This document shows positions 25,478 to 35,681 of a stretch of 64,000 nucleotides of DNA, piece by piece. The position numbers and the translations under genes were made by a program. The stretch is from Lachnospiraceae bacterium (GTDB lineage Bacteria > Bacillota > Clostridia > Lachnospirales > Lachnospiraceae), in contig SVFT01000002.1 in the NCBI GenBank assembly GCA_015056735.1, positions 100,432-164,431 of the forward strand, read 5' to 3'. The notes beneath the pieces are model-generated. The model had not been told where the DNA came from. It worked only from the letters and a program-made list of their open reading frames with translations, and made no database searches. The stretch's first letter is position 1, and every line of letters starts with the position of its first letter.

Positions 25478-27994
25478 ATGAATATTTCAAAATTTACACA
25501 AAAATCCATGCAGGCGATCGAACAGTGTGAGAAGCTTGCATACGAATACGGCAACCAGGAGATCGAACAGGAGCACCTGCTCTACAGCCTCTTAACGATC
25601 GAGGACAGCCTGATCTTAAAACTCATCACCAAGATGGAGATCAATACGGATCATTTTGTGAACCGCGCAAAGACTGCCCTTGAGAAAAGGGTGAAAGTGC
25701 AGGGCGGACAGGTCCATGTGGGTCCCGACCTGAACAAAGTGCTCGTGACGGCCGAGGATGAAGCGAAGGCGATGGGGGACGAGTACGTCTCCGTAGAGCA
25801 TCTGTTCCTTTCCATGATCAAGAGTCCGAACAAGGAGATCAAAGCGATCTTTTCGGAGTACGGCATCACAAGAGAACGCTTTCTGCAGGCCCTGTCGTCC
25901 GTTCGCGGCAACCAGCGTGTAACAAGCGACAATCCGGAAGCAACGTACGATACACTCGAGAAGTACGGGGAAGACCTCGTTGAAAAGGCGCGTTCGCATA
26001 AGATGGATCCCGTGATCGGTAGGGACGGAGAGATCCGGAATGTGATCCGCATTCTGTCCAGAAAGACGAAGAACAATCCGGTCCTCATCGGCGAGCCGGG
26101 TGTCGGCAAGACTGCAGTTGTAGAAGGACTCGCTCAGAGGATCGTCCGTGGCGATGTGCCGCAGAACTTAAAAGATAAGAAGATCTTTGCGCTTGATATG
26201 GGCGCACTGATCGCAGGCGCCAAGTACAGAGGCGAGTTTGAGGAGCGTCTGAAGGCGGTCCTTGAAGATGTAAAGGCAAGCGACGGACAGATCATCCTCT
26301 TTATCGATGAGCTGCATACGATCGTCGGCGCCGGCAAGACGGACGGCGCGATGGATGCCGGCAACATGTTAAAACCCATGCTGGCAAGAGGCGAGCTGCA
26401 CTGCATCGGTGCGACAACGCTTGATGAATACAGACAGTACATCGAAAAGGATGCGGCGCTGGAGCGTCGTTTCCAGCCGGTCATGGTCGATGAGCCTACG
26501 GTGGAAGATACCGTTTCCATCTTAAGAGGCCTGAAGGAACGCTATGAAGTATATCACGGCGTTAAGATCACGGACGGTGCGCTTGTGAGCGCAGCCGCAT
26601 TATCCGCACGGTATATCTCCGACAGATTCCTGCCTGATAAGGCGATCGACCTCGTTGATGAGGCTTGCGCGCTCATTAAAACGGAACTTAATTCCATGCC
26701 GACCGAACTCGATGAGCTGCAACGCAAGATCATGCAGATGGAGATCGAAGAGGCCGCCTTGAAAAAAGAAACAGACCACCTTTCCAAGGAGCGTCTATCC
26801 ACTCTTCAAAAAGAGCTGGCGGAGCTGCGGGATGATTTTAGCGGGCGCAAAGCAAAGTGGGATAATGAAAAAACATCTGTCGATAAGCTCTCCAAACTTC
26901 GCGAGCAGATTGAAGCGGTGAACGTGGAAATCCAGATCGCGCAGAATGAGGGGAATCTTGAAAAAGCGGCTGAGCTGTCTTACGGGCAGCTTCCGCGTCT
27001 GAAGCAGGAACTTGAACAGGCTGAAGAAGCCGTCGCCGGCGGAAAGCTTTCACTTGTGCATGAGTCTGTGACGGAAGAAGAGATCGCGAAGATCATTTCC
27101 CGCTGGACAGGCATTCCGGTTGCCAAGCTGACCGAGTCGGAACGTAATAAGACGCTTCATTTGGATGAAGAGCTTCACAAACGCGTGATCGGTCAGGATG
27201 AAGGTGTCACCAAAGTAACGGAAGCGATCATTCGGTCCAAGGCCGGCATCAAGGATCCGACCAAGCCGATCGGCTCATTCCTTTTCCTGGGTCCTACCGG
27301 TGTCGGAAAGACGGAACTTGCCAAGAGTCTGGCGGCTTGTCTTTTTGACGATGAGAACAACATGGTCCGGATCGACATGTCCGAATATATGGAGAAGTAT
27401 TCCGTATCACGTCTGATTGGAGCGCCTCCCGGATACGTCGGATATGAAGAGGGCGGCCAGCTGACGGAAGCGGTGCGCCGCAAGCCGTATTCGGTCGTTC
27501 TGTTTGATGAGGTGGAAAAAGCGCATGCCGATGTGTTCAACGTCCTGCTGCAGGTACTTGATGACGGACGTATCACGGATTCGCAGGGACGGACCGTTGA
27601 CTTTAAGAACACGATCATCATCATGACTTCGAACCTGAAGGAAGAGGATCTGCGGTCGCATTTCCGCCCCGAGTTCTTAAACAGACTCGATGAGATCGTG
27701 ACATTCAAGTCCCTCTCCAAGGACAATATCGCGTCGATCGTCGGACTGATCATGGCGGACCTGAACAGACGTCTTTCCGACCGTGAACTGACTGTGGAAC
27801 TGACGCCTGCGGCAGCGGATTATATCACGGAGAACGCATATGATCCCGAATTCGGTGCGCGTCCTTTGAAGCGTTACATCCAGAAGTATGTCGAAACATT
27901 GTCCGCGAAGCTGATTCTCTCCGATGCGGTGGGGGCGGGGGATACGATCCTGATCGATGTAGACAGCGGGGAATTGACTGCAAGAAAGAAATAA
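25478..27994 (+). CDS. clpB: ATP-dependent chaperone ClpB
   Basis: Two AAA+ modules ([16 protein letters not shown]) separated by a long coiled-coil M domain. No ClpP-binding IGF loop. 838 aa. Confidence 0.9.
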   Translation: MNISKFTQKSMQAIEQCEKLAYEYGNQEIEQEHLLYSLLTIEDSLILKLITKMEINTDHFVNRAKTALEKRVKVQGGQVHVGPDLNKVLVTAEDEAKAMGDEYVSVEHLFLSMIKSPNKEIKAIFSEYGITRERFLQALSSVRGNQRVTSDNPEATYDTLEKYGEDLVEKARSHKMDPVIGRDGEIRNVIRILSRKTKNNPVLIGEPGVGKTAVVEGLAQRIVRGDVPQNLKDKKIFALDMGALIAGAKYRGEFEERLKAVLEDVKASDGQIILFIDELHTIVGAGKTDGAMDAGNMLKPMLARGELHCIGATTLDEYRQYIEKDAALERRFQPVMVDEPTVEDTVSILRGLKERYEVYHGVKITDGALVSAAALSARYISDRFLPDKAIDLVDEACALIKTELNSMPTELDELQRKIMQMEIEEAALKKETDHLSKERLSTLQKELAELRDDFSGRKAKWDNEKTSVDKLSKLREQIEAVNVEIQIAQNEGNLEKAAELSYGQLPRLKQELEQAEEAVAGGKLSLVHESVTEEEIAKIISRWTGIPVAKLTESERNKTLHLDEELHKRVIGQDEGVTKVTEAIIRSKAGIKDPTKPIGSFLFLGPTGVGKTELAKSLAACLFDDENNMVRIDMSEYMEKYSVSRLIGAPPGYVGYEEGGQLTEAVRRKPYSVVLFDEVEKAHADVFNVLLQVLDDGRITDSQGRTVDFKNTIIIMTSNLKEEDLRSHFRPEFLNRLDEIVTFKSLSKDNIASIVGLIMADLNRRLSDRELTVELTPAAADYITENAYDPEFGARPLKRYIQKYVETLSAKLILSDAVGAGDTILIDVDSGELTARKK

Positions 27995-28039
27995 CGGTGT
28001 TATACTGTTTATGAGAAAACATGCAGGCAGGAGGATGTC

Positions 28040-28213
28040 ATGATCCCTAAAGACCCCGTAATGCTCTTAAGCTTTGTGAATATGAAGCTGAGAGACCGAT
28101 ATCAGAACCCGGATGCGATGTGCGATGACCTTGATTTGGACCGCACAGAGATCGACGAAAAGCTCGCCGGGATAGGCTATGCGTATGATCCCGGACGCAA
28201 TCAGTATGTATAA
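28040..28213 (+). CDS. DUF4250 domain-containing small protein (57 aa; absent from the supplied ORF track)
   Basis: MIPKDPVMLLSFVNMKLRDRYQNPDAMCDDLDLDRTEIDEKLAGIGYAYDPGRNQYV matches the conserved DUF4250 pattern. AGGAGG RBS 5 nt upstream. Confidence 0.75.
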   Translation: MIPKDPVMLLSFVNMKLRDRYQNPDAMCDDLDLDRTEIDEKLAGIGYAYDPGRNQYV

Positions 28214-28263
28214 GAAGTGATGTATTCTGACGTCTCCGGGCGGATGCATAAAACGAACCATAA

Positions 28264-28307
28264 TGCATAATATGCATGAATATTACGAGATTCCTGCATA
28301 TTATGCA
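28264..28307. promoter_or_regulatory. pair of 13-bp perfect palindromes (ARG-box-like operator candidates)
   Basis: TGCATAATATGCA (28264-28276) and TGCATATTATGCA (28295-28307), 31 bp centre to centre. The second ends 8 bp before the -35. Confidence 0.55.
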
Positions 28308-28314
28308 TTTTTCG

Positions 28315-28343
28315 TTTGCATTTCGGAAAGCCGGTGCTATAAT
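28315..28343 (+). promoter_or_regulatory. sigma-A type promoter of the amino-acid ABC operon
   Basis: TTTGCA, 17 nt spacer, TATAAT. Confidence 0.6.
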
Positions 28344-28478
28344 GGGGTACGAAGTTTGAAAGCGAAGCTTTCAAACTTGGTTGGCGGCTCAAATAGACAA
28401 GCAAGCTTGTCTGCTTGAGTCTGGAGTACAATATGAAAAAATGTATTCTATAGTATAAGAAGAAAGAAGGACAATAAC

Positions 28479-29231
28479 ATGAAAAAAGCAATCGCACTTT
28501 TACTGATGGCAGTCATGACCGTATCCGTTATGGGTTGTGGCAGCAGCGCAGGCGGCGCAGCATCCGACGGTACATTGACAGTCGGCACGAACGCAGAGTT
28601 CCCGCCTTTTGAGTATGTGAACGATGCAGGTGAGCCGGACGGTTTTGATATCGCGCTGATCAAGGCGATCGGTGACAAGATGGGCGTAAAGGTTGAAGTA
28701 GAGAATATGGATTTCGATGCACTTGTTGCATCGATCGGATCCAAGATCGACGTTGCCATCGCCGGTATGACCGTTACGGAGGAGAGAAAGCAGACGGTTG
28801 ATTTCTCCGATTCTTACTATGAAGCGGTTCAGTACGTGATCGTGAAGAAAGACAGCACGATCGCTACGGCAGATGATCTGAAGGGCAAAAACATTGGCGT
28901 GCAGCTCGGTACGACAGGTGACTTCCTTGTCGAGGATATCGAAGGTGCGACGGCAGCTCAGTACCAGAAAGCCGTTGATGCAGTGAACGATCTGTTAAAC
29001 GACCGTGTAGATGCTGTTATCATCGACAAGAATCCCGCACTCGTTTTCACAGAGAAGTACGCGGACCAGCTTGTGGCACTGGAAGGCAGCGCGTTCAACT
29101 TTGAGCAGGAGAACTATGCGATCGCTATGCCGAAGGGCGACAAAGAACTCGCGGATGCGATCAACAAAGCGCTTGCAGAGCTCAAAAAAGACGGCACATT
29201 TGATAAGCTTGTAGCTGACTATATCGGTTAA
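28479..29231 (+). CDS. polar amino acid ABC transporter substrate-binding lipoprotein
   Basis: Lipobox VMGCGSS. SBP family 3 motifs: GTNAEFPPFEY, AGMTVTEERK, IDKNPA. Confidence 0.9.
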   Translation: MKKAIALLLMAVMTVSVMGCGSSAGGAASDGTLTVGTNAEFPPFEYVNDAGEPDGFDIALIKAIGDKMGVKVEVENMDFDALVASIGSKIDVAIAGMTVTEERKQTVDFSDSYYEAVQYVIVKKDSTIATADDLKGKNIGVQLGTTGDFLVEDIEGATAAQYQKAVDAVNDLLNDRVDAVIIDKNPALVFTEKYADQLVALEGSAFNFEQENYAIAMPKGDKELADAINKALAELKKDGTFDKLVADYIG

Positions 29232-29245
29232 TAGGCGGAGCATTT

Positions 29246-29947
29246 ATGGGAGACTGGTTTACAAAGCTCTCTTCGATGATCAATATGGCGTTCATCGAAG
29301 GCGATCGCTGGCAATTATATATCAAGGGACTCGGCGTGACGCTGGAGATCGCATTCTTTGCGGCGATTCTCGGTGTTATCATCGGTACGGCGCTGGCCCT
29401 GATGAAGCTTACAAAGCGCCCGAACGGAAAAGAAGGTTTTCTTTCCCGCATTGCGCAGATCTATATTGACGTCATCCGCGGCACACCTTCCGTGTTACAG
29501 CTCCTCATCATGTGGTTTATCGTGATGTCCAATACCAAGAACGGCGTGCTTGTCGCATCGCTCACATTCGGTATCAACAGCGGTGCCTATGTGGCGGAGA
29601 TCGTGCGTGCGGGCATCCTGGCGGTGGATCACGGACAGGAAGAGGCGGGCAGATCGCTCGGCCTTTCCAAGGCGCAGACGATGCGCTATATCGTGCTTCC
29701 GCAGGCGGCCAAGAATGTACTGCCTCCGATCGGCAACGAGTTTATCACGCTGCTGAAAGAGACTGCGATCGTAGGTTACGTGAGTCTGACGGATCTTACA
29801 CGCTGTGCGAACCAGATCGTATCGCGTACTTACGAAGCATTCATGCCTCTGATCGGCGCAGCGGTGATTTATTTTGTGGTCATTAAGATCATGACACATC
29901 TGCTGGGCATTCTGGAAAGGAGGCTTAGAAGAAGTGATAGACGTTAA
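29246..29947 (+). CDS. amino acid ABC transporter permease (His/Glu/Gln/Arg family)
   Basis: [15 protein letters not shown] and [22 protein letters not shown] (EAA loop). Confidence 0.9.
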   Translation: MGDWFTKLSSMINMAFIEGDRWQLYIKGLGVTLEIAFFAAILGVIIGTALALMKLTKRPNGKEGFLSRIAQIYIDVIRGTPSVLQLLIMWFIVMSNTKNGVLVASLTFGINSGAYVAEIVRAGILAVDHGQEEAGRSLGLSKAQTMRYIVLPQAAKNVLPPIGNEFITLLKETAIVGYVSLTDLTRCANQIVSRTYEAFMPLIGAAVIYFVVIKIMTHLLGILERRLRRSDRR

Positions 29948-30659
29948 GAACCTCGTAAAGACCTTTGAAGATGGCAAGACGATCTTAAAAGGGATCAGCT
30001 ATCATGTAGAAAAAGGCGACAAGATCGTTATCGTCGGACCGTCCGGTTCCGGAAAGAGTACGTTCCTGCGTTGCTTAAACCTTTTAAATCAGCCGACGTC
30101 AGGTGAGATCTGGTTTGATGGCAAGATGATCAACGATCCGAAAACGGACATCAACAAGATCCGTGAACACATGGGCATGGTGTTCCAGAACTTTAACCTG
30201 TTCAACAACCTGACCGTTATGGACAATATTACATTGGCGCCGGTAAAGCTTGGCATTATGAAACCGGATGAGGCCAAAGAAAAAGCGCTTTCTCTGCTGG
30301 CACGCGTAAATCTGACAGAAAAGGCGGATGTCTATCCGATCTCACTTTCGGGCGGGCAGAAGCAGCGTATCGCAATTGTACGATCCCTTGCAATGAACCC
30401 GAAGATGATGCTTTTTGATGAGCCGACCAGTGCACTTGATCCTGAGATGGTCGGTGAGGTACTGGATGTTATGAAGGAACTTGCGGAAGACGGTATGACG
30501 ATGGTCGTCGTGACACACGAGATGGGCTTTGCAAGAGAAGTGGCGAGCAAGGTTCTGTTCATGGATGACGGCCTTATCGTGGAAGAGAACAACCCGCAGG
30601 ATTTCTTTAATAACCCGCAGAATCCGAGGCTGAAAGATTTTCTCTCCAAAGTTTTATAA
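29934..30659 (+). CDS. amino acid ABC transporter ATP-binding protein
   Basis: GPSGSGKST Walker [16 protein letters not shown] signature, [12 protein letters not shown] Walker B. GTG start after GGAAAGGAGG. Confidence 0.9.
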   Translation: MIDVKNLVKTFEDGKTILKGISYHVEKGDKIVIVGPSGSGKSTFLRCLNLLNQPTSGEIWFDGKMINDPKTDINKIREHMGMVFQNFNLFNNLTVMDNITLAPVKLGIMKPDEAKEKALSLLARVNLTEKADVYPISLSGGQKQRIAIVRSLAMNPKMMLFDEPTSALDPEMVGEVLDVMKELAEDGMTMVVVTHEMGFAREVASKVLFMDDGLIVEENNPQDFFNNPQNPRLKDFLSKVL

Positions 30660-30680
30660 AAAATTAAGAAATAATGAAAG

Positions 30681-30707
30681 GCCGAAACATCAGTTTCGGC
30701 TTTTTTT
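30681..30707 (+). terminator. rho-independent terminator
   Basis: GCCGAAAC-ATCA-GTTTCGGC followed by TTTTTTT. Confidence 0.85.
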
Positions 30708-30754
30708 ATTGTCCATCCATGATATGATTAAGGTAGTGTGGGAAAGGGGAATGC

Positions 30755-31897
30755 ATGAATTCTTCGATTTTTGACAAACTCTATGAGAGATGGCAGAGTC
30801 GATTGGTTCTGACCAATATTACGTTTGTGGCAGCGGGCTTTGTATGCCAGCTGCTCGGTTATGGGATCTCTATGCTCACACATACTGCGCTTACATCCCC
30901 GATGGAGTATGTGACGGATTTTCTGCTCCTTCCGTTAGGGTGTAATCTTCTTGTGCTCCTGCTGGGGGCGATCCTTCTTCGCGCACTTAGGGATTCCTTG
31001 TTTTGGAGTGAATTTATCCCTCTCCTGCAGATGAGCCTTATCCTGACCATCTTTGCGATTACCTATAATCAGTTTAGTGTCCTGATCGGATTACTTTGTT
31101 TTACACTTTTTATCGGTGCGGCTTTTGATCGTGTCAGTGGTCTTTTGGTCGCGCTCTTTTTTGCGCTTTACGAGGCATATGAGGTGCAGGTGTTCAGAGA
31201 AGTGTATAGCCGTGAACATGGAATTCCGGATCCGTATGCCAGTATCGAAATGGTCGTGGCGATCGTAACAATCCTGGTTGCCTTTTTTATCAGCCGCGAT
31301 TTTCTGAAATATCAACTTCGTAAGATTGATATCCTGACCAAGGTGTATGAAAAGGAAGTGCGTCTGCAGGCAGCACTTGACAGGGATGTCAAGACCGGTC
31401 TCTATTCTGCGACATATTTTAACAATGCGCTGGATAGAGCGGTACGCGAACAGCCGGAAACGTTGTATTTGATGATTCTTGATCTTGATGATTTTAAGCG
31501 TATTAACGACCGCTTCGGCCATGCGAGCGGTGACGTTGTGCTTTTTCGTCTGGCCGCTCTGATGCGTGACTATTTCAGCGAAGATGAATGCCCGAGCCGT
31601 TTTGGCGGAGAAGAGTTTGCGGCGATCGTCAGAACGGGGACAATGGAAGAGATGCTTCGTCGCTGTGAGGCGTTCCGCAGGGAGTTTTCTGCGCAGGTCT
31701 ATCCGTTCACTTCCGAACCGATCACGTTTAGCGTCGGGATCGCTTCTCTGGAAGCCGGGTGGGAGACAAACAAGTTCTTTGATTATGCAGATGCGGCTCT
31801 CTATCAAGCCAAGAAGCAGGGCAAAAACTGTATCTGCAGGTGGAACGACCTGATGGATCCTTCCGGATCCGGAAGGGAGGCGTCGTATGATAACTGA
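30755..31897 (+). CDS. membrane-anchored diguanylate cyclase (GGEEF)
   Basis: Polytopic N-terminus. MILDLDDFKRINDRFGH and SRFGGEEFAAIV. Confidence 0.85.
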   Translation: MNSSIFDKLYERWQSRLVLTNITFVAAGFVCQLLGYGISMLTHTALTSPMEYVTDFLLLPLGCNLLVLLLGAILLRALRDSLFWSEFIPLLQMSLILTIFAITYNQFSVLIGLLCFTLFIGAAFDRVSGLLVALFFALYEAYEVQVFREVYSREHGIPDPYASIEMVVAIVTILVAFFISRDFLKYQLRKIDILTKVYEKEVRLQAALDRDVKTGLYSATYFNNALDRAVREQPETLYLMILDLDDFKRINDRFGHASGDVVLFRLAALMRDYFSEDECPSRFGGEEFAAIVRTGTMEEMLRRCEAFRREFSAQVYPFTSEPITFSVGIASLEAGWETNKFFDYADAALYQAKKQGKNCICRWNDLMDPSGSGREASYDN

Positions 31898-33017
31898 CAG
31901 GAGAGCAGAGATACTGGATGCCGCATATGAATCCTGGAACGGTCGCCTTAAGCGGATCAATCTCATTCTGATCTTTGCGACGATCGTTGTGGATATCGTG
32001 GGATTTGTCATCAGCAGGGTGGAGCAGACTGGCAAAGTACCCTGGCCATGGTACATTTTGCTTCATATTCTGGTTCCTCTGTTCGTTAATCTGGTCGGCC
32101 TTTTGCTCTGCCACATCAGGGAGAAGAATGAAAACATCTCGAAACAGGAACGCTACGCTTTGCCGCTTTTTGAACTGTGGCTGATCGGCACAACGGTAAC
32201 GATCTCCAAGTATCTGTTCCCGGTATTGACTGTTATGGTCTGCGTTCCGATCTTTTGCAGCGTGTATTTTGACAATCGTGCTCTAACCAGAAAACTGACT
32301 GTAGCGGCCTTTATTTCCGCGGTGATCTCAGGCTTTACGAGTAATCTGTTCAGGGGACTTCGCGGTGAACCTACGGGTCAGCCCATGCAGCATCTGTTTA
32401 TGAACATTGTTCTGGTTCTGGGTGTGTGGATTTTGAGCGCTGCTCTTATGCATCTGCAGTGGCAGAAGAATGAAAGGACGGAAGAGATCCTGAACAAAGA
32501 GAACATGCTTCAGGATGAACTGCGGCATGACAGCAAAACAGGACTTTACTCTTCTGCTTTTTTCAATCATGTCCTTGCGGAGAAGATCAAAGAAGGAAAG
32601 CCGTTCTATCTGATGCTTTCGGATATTGATGACTTTTCTTCCGTAAACAATCACTACGGTCATAATCAGGGCGATCTTGTGCTCGTAAGGCTGGCAGGGA
32701 TATTGTGCGCGCATTTTAATGTAGAAGAGTGTCCGAGCCGGTTTGGCGGGGAGGAATATACGGTTCTGTTTGCCGATGAAGGAGCAGATCGTGCTATTGC
32801 AAGATGTGAAGCTTACAGAAAGGAATTTGAGACGCAGGTGTATTCGTTCATGCCACATAACGTTACGATCAGTGTAGGGCTTGCAAGATGGGAGCGCGGA
32901 CTGACCGATACACAGCTTTTTGATCGCGCGGACAGAGCGATGTATTACTCCAAGCGCAACGGCAAAAACATGACAACAATGTGGAAACCGCAGACGGAAG
33001 AGGCCGTTTCAAAATAG
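31887..33017 (+). CDS. membrane-anchored GGDEF-domain protein, tandem paralogue (GGEEY variant)
   Basis: Same architecture as the upstream gene. LMLSDIDDFSSVNNHYGH and SRFGGEEYTVLF. 11-nt overlap with the upstream paralogue. Confidence 0.8.
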   Translation: MITDRRAEILDAAYESWNGRLKRINLILIFATIVVDIVGFVISRVEQTGKVPWPWYILLHILVPLFVNLVGLLLCHIREKNENISKQERYALPLFELWLIGTTVTISKYLFPVLTVMVCVPIFCSVYFDNRALTRKLTVAAFISAVISGFTSNLFRGLRGEPTGQPMQHLFMNIVLVLGVWILSAALMHLQWQKNERTEEILNKENMLQDELRHDSKTGLYSSAFFNHVLAEKIKEGKPFYLMLSDIDDFSSVNNHYGHNQGDLVLVRLAGILCAHFNVEECPSRFGGEEYTVLFADEGADRAIARCEAYRKEFETQVYSFMPHNVTISVGLARWERGLTDTQLFDRADRAMYYSKRNGKNMTTMWKPQTEEAVSK

Positions 33018-33023
33018 ATCGAT

Positions 33024-34364
33024 ATGAACAGGCAATTTTACAAATCGTTTTTTTCGCTTTTTGCACTGCTGGTGCTGCAGAATGTGGTTACGATCGCCGT
33101 GAATCTGGCGGACAACATCATGATCGGCGGCTACAGCGAGATCGCGCTGTCGGGCGTGGCAACGGTGAATCAGGTGCAGTTTGTCTACCAGCAGCTTTTG
33201 ATGGCGCTGGCCGATAGTCTGGTCATATTCGGGAGCCGGTTCTTTGGTGAGGGGAACCTGCCGGCGCTGAAGAGAACGGCGGCGATCGCGATGCGCGCGG
33301 CGTTCTATATCGGGATCGTGATGTTTGCGCTTTCATCGCTCTTCCCGTATCGGCTTCTGTCGCTTTTTACCGATGACGCTCCGATCATCGAACAGGGTAT
33401 GACATACCTGTCGATCATACGGTTTACCTATCTTTTTTTTGCGATCACGCAGATTCTTCTGGGGACACTCCGAAGCATTCAGTCCGTTCGGATCGCGTTC
33501 GTATTGTCGCTCGTTGCGTTCTGCGTTAATTGCGGGATCAACTATGTCCTGATCTACGGAAGATTTGGCGCGCCGGAAATGGGTACGGAGGGTGCGGCTA
33601 TCGGCACGTTGACTGCAAGAGTCACAGAACTTCTTATTCTGCTCCTGTTTATCGGACGCAGGGAAAAAACGCTGAAACTGCGCTTCTTTGATTTTCTCGG
33701 AAGAGACAGAACCCTGCGCAGGGATTATACGAGGATTGCGATCCCAAATGTGATCGCCTCTGCGCTGTGGGGACTCAATGTCGCAATGCAGACCGTGATC
33801 CTAGGACATATGACGGCATCTGCCATTGCAGCCAACAGCATCTCCTCAACTCTCTATCTTCTTCTTAAGTCCGCTGCCGTCGGTGCTGTATCCGCATCGG
33901 CTGTGACGATCGGCAGGATCATCGGTCTTGAAGGAGAAGCGGCTGCAAAGAGAGCTTCCGTCCGGCTGCAGCGGATCTTTGTTGTGATCGGCATCACAGC
34001 GGGTATTCTGATCCATCTGATTTCGGAACCGATCATCGGTCTGTACAGTCTGAGCGAGGAGACAAGGCAGCTGACGGTCACGTTCATGATGATCCAGACG
34101 GTGGCGCTCGTCTTCATGTCTTACCAGATGCCTACCAACTGCGGCATCGTTAAGGGCGGCGGATCCGTCGACTATGTGCTGAAACTGGATTTTATCAGCA
34201 TCTGGTGCATCGTGATCCCGGTATCGCTGCTTGCCGCGTTTGTCTTTGACGCATCGCCTGCGGTCGTGGTATGCTGCCTCAACGCGGACCAGGTCTTCAA
34301 GTGTATCCCCGCGTATATCAAGGTTAACCACTGCAACTGGATTAAAAGGATTGTCTCGGAATAG
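33024..34364 (+). CDS. MATE family efflux transporter
   Basis: 12-TM profile and a MATE-like N-terminus (FFSLFALLVLQNVVTIAVNLADNIMIG). Confidence 0.85.
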   Translation: MNRQFYKSFFSLFALLVLQNVVTIAVNLADNIMIGGYSEIALSGVATVNQVQFVYQQLLMALADSLVIFGSRFFGEGNLPALKRTAAIAMRAAFYIGIVMFALSSLFPYRLLSLFTDDAPIIEQGMTYLSIIRFTYLFFAITQILLGTLRSIQSVRIAFVLSLVAFCVNCGINYVLIYGRFGAPEMGTEGAAIGTLTARVTELLILLLFIGRREKTLKLRFFDFLGRDRTLRRDYTRIAIPNVIASALWGLNVAMQTVILGHMTASAIAANSISSTLYLLLKSAAVGAVSASAVTIGRIIGLEGEAAAKRASVRLQRIFVVIGITAGILIHLISEPIIGLYSLSEETRQLTVTFMMIQTVALVFMSYQMPTNCGIVKGGGSVDYVLKLDFISIWCIVIPVSLLAAFVFDASPAVVVCCLNADQVFKCIPAYIKVNHCNWIKRIVSE

Positions 34365-34414
34365 ACAGTTTTGAAAGAGACAGCTTCTGAAAGGCTTGTC
34401 TCAAAACAGGGGAC

Positions 34415-34591
34415 CGCTTTCTCCTTACTGTTTCCCATGCATTCGCATGTGCACTTAGCGAATCGGTCTTCTTCAACGATCATTTCGAGGACTGTTTGAG
34501 CGAAGCGAGTTCCGCAGAAATGATCGACGCTTTGAAGAAGGCGGATGAGTTTAGTGCCGAAATGCGCGCATGGAAACAGTATGAGAAAGCG
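34415..34591. repeat. structured palindromic element, copy C (same apex as A/B, different arms)
   Basis: The apex at 34485-34519 matches 8856-8891 except for one missing C. Arms 34415-34484 and 34520-34591 are self-complementary. GCACTTA and TTTAGTGC boxes are shared with A/B. Confidence 0.8.
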
Positions 34592-34688
34592 CTTTATCTA
34601 TCTAGACAAATGCCTCCAAACATAGTAAAATATACAAGAATTTTGGGCTATTTATATAACTCATAAAATAGAAAGGAAGGGAAATGTC

Positions 34689-35657
34689 ATGTCATTAGTT
34701 ACAACGACAGAAATGTTCAAGAAGGCATACAACGGCGGTTATGCAGTTGGTGCATTCAACGTAAACAACATGGAGATCGTTCAGGGTATCACAGAAGCGG
34801 CTGCTGAGCTTAAGAGCCCCGTTATCCTTCAGGTTTCCAAAGGCGCGCGTGCATACGCAAACCACACTTATCTTGTAAAGCTGGTAGAAGCTGCAGTAGC
34901 GGAGCATCCTGAGATCCCGATCGCACTTCACCTTGACCATGGCGACAGCTTTGAACTCTGCAAATCCTGTATCGACGGCGGTTTCACATCCGTTATGATC
35001 GATGCTTCTTCCAAACCTTTTGATGAGAACGTTGCTCTGACCAAGCAGGTTGTTGAGTACGCTCACGCACACGGCGCAGTAGTAGAAGCAGAGCTTGGTA
35101 CACTTGCAGGTATCGAAGATGAAGTAGTCGTAGAAGCAGGTAAAGAGAGCTACACACATCCTGAAGAAGTTCAGGAATTCGTTGAGAAGACAGGCTGCGA
35201 TTCTCTTGCGATCGCGATCGGTACATCTCACGGCGCATACAAGTTCACTGCTGAGCAGTGCACAAGAAACGCAGACGGCATCCTTGTTCCGCCGCCGCTT
35301 CGTTTCGACGTACTTGAAGAGTGCATCAAGAGAATCCCGGGCTTCCCGATCGTTCTCCACGGTTCTTCTTCCGTACCGCAGGAATTTGTAAAGATGGTTA
35401 ACCAGTACGGCGGCAACATGCCGGATGCTGTAGGTATTCCGGAAGAACAGCTTCGTAAAGCTGCTACACTGGCTGTTTGCAAGATCAACATCGACTCCGA
35501 TATCCGTCTTGCTATGACAGGTACCATCAGAAAATACTTCGCTGAGCATCCGGATCACTTCGATCCCCGTCAGTACCTTAAGCCTGCTCGTCAGGCTGTT
35601 AAGGACATGGTTGCTCACAAGATTCTTCATGTTCTTGGTTCCGACGGAAAAGCTTGA
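34689..35657 (+). CDS. fba: class II fructose-1,6-bisphosphate aldolase
   Basis: YAVGAFNVNNME, LHLDHG and GTSHGAYKF motifs; 322 aa. Confidence 0.92.
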   Translation: MSLVTTTEMFKKAYNGGYAVGAFNVNNMEIVQGITEAAAELKSPVILQVSKGARAYANHTYLVKLVEAAVAEHPEIPIALHLDHGDSFELCKSCIDGGFTSVMIDASSKPFDENVALTKQVVEYAHAHGAVVEAELGTLAGIEDEVVVEAGKESYTHPEEVQEFVEKTGCDSLAIAIGTSHGAYKFTAEQCTRNADGILVPPPLRFDVLEECIKRIPGFPIVLHGSSSVPQEFVKMVNQYGGNMPDAVGIPEEQLRKAATLAVCKINIDSDIRLAMTGTIRKYFAEHPDHFDPRQYLKPARQAVKDMVAHKILHVLGSDGKA

Positions 35658-35681
35658 TCGGTTCTTTGATCAGAACAGTAA

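Noticed and set aside
31091-32056. 321-aa ORF antisense across the two GGDEF genes.
   Set aside because: It spans a gene junction on the opposite strand and has no recognisable motif. The plus-strand GGEEF and GGEEY domains are clear.
34695-35630. 311-aa ORF antisense to fba.
   Set aside because: The plus-strand frame encodes a textbook class II aldolase. The antisense product has no domain signature and an odd Cys/Phe/Arg composition, so it is a shadow ORF.
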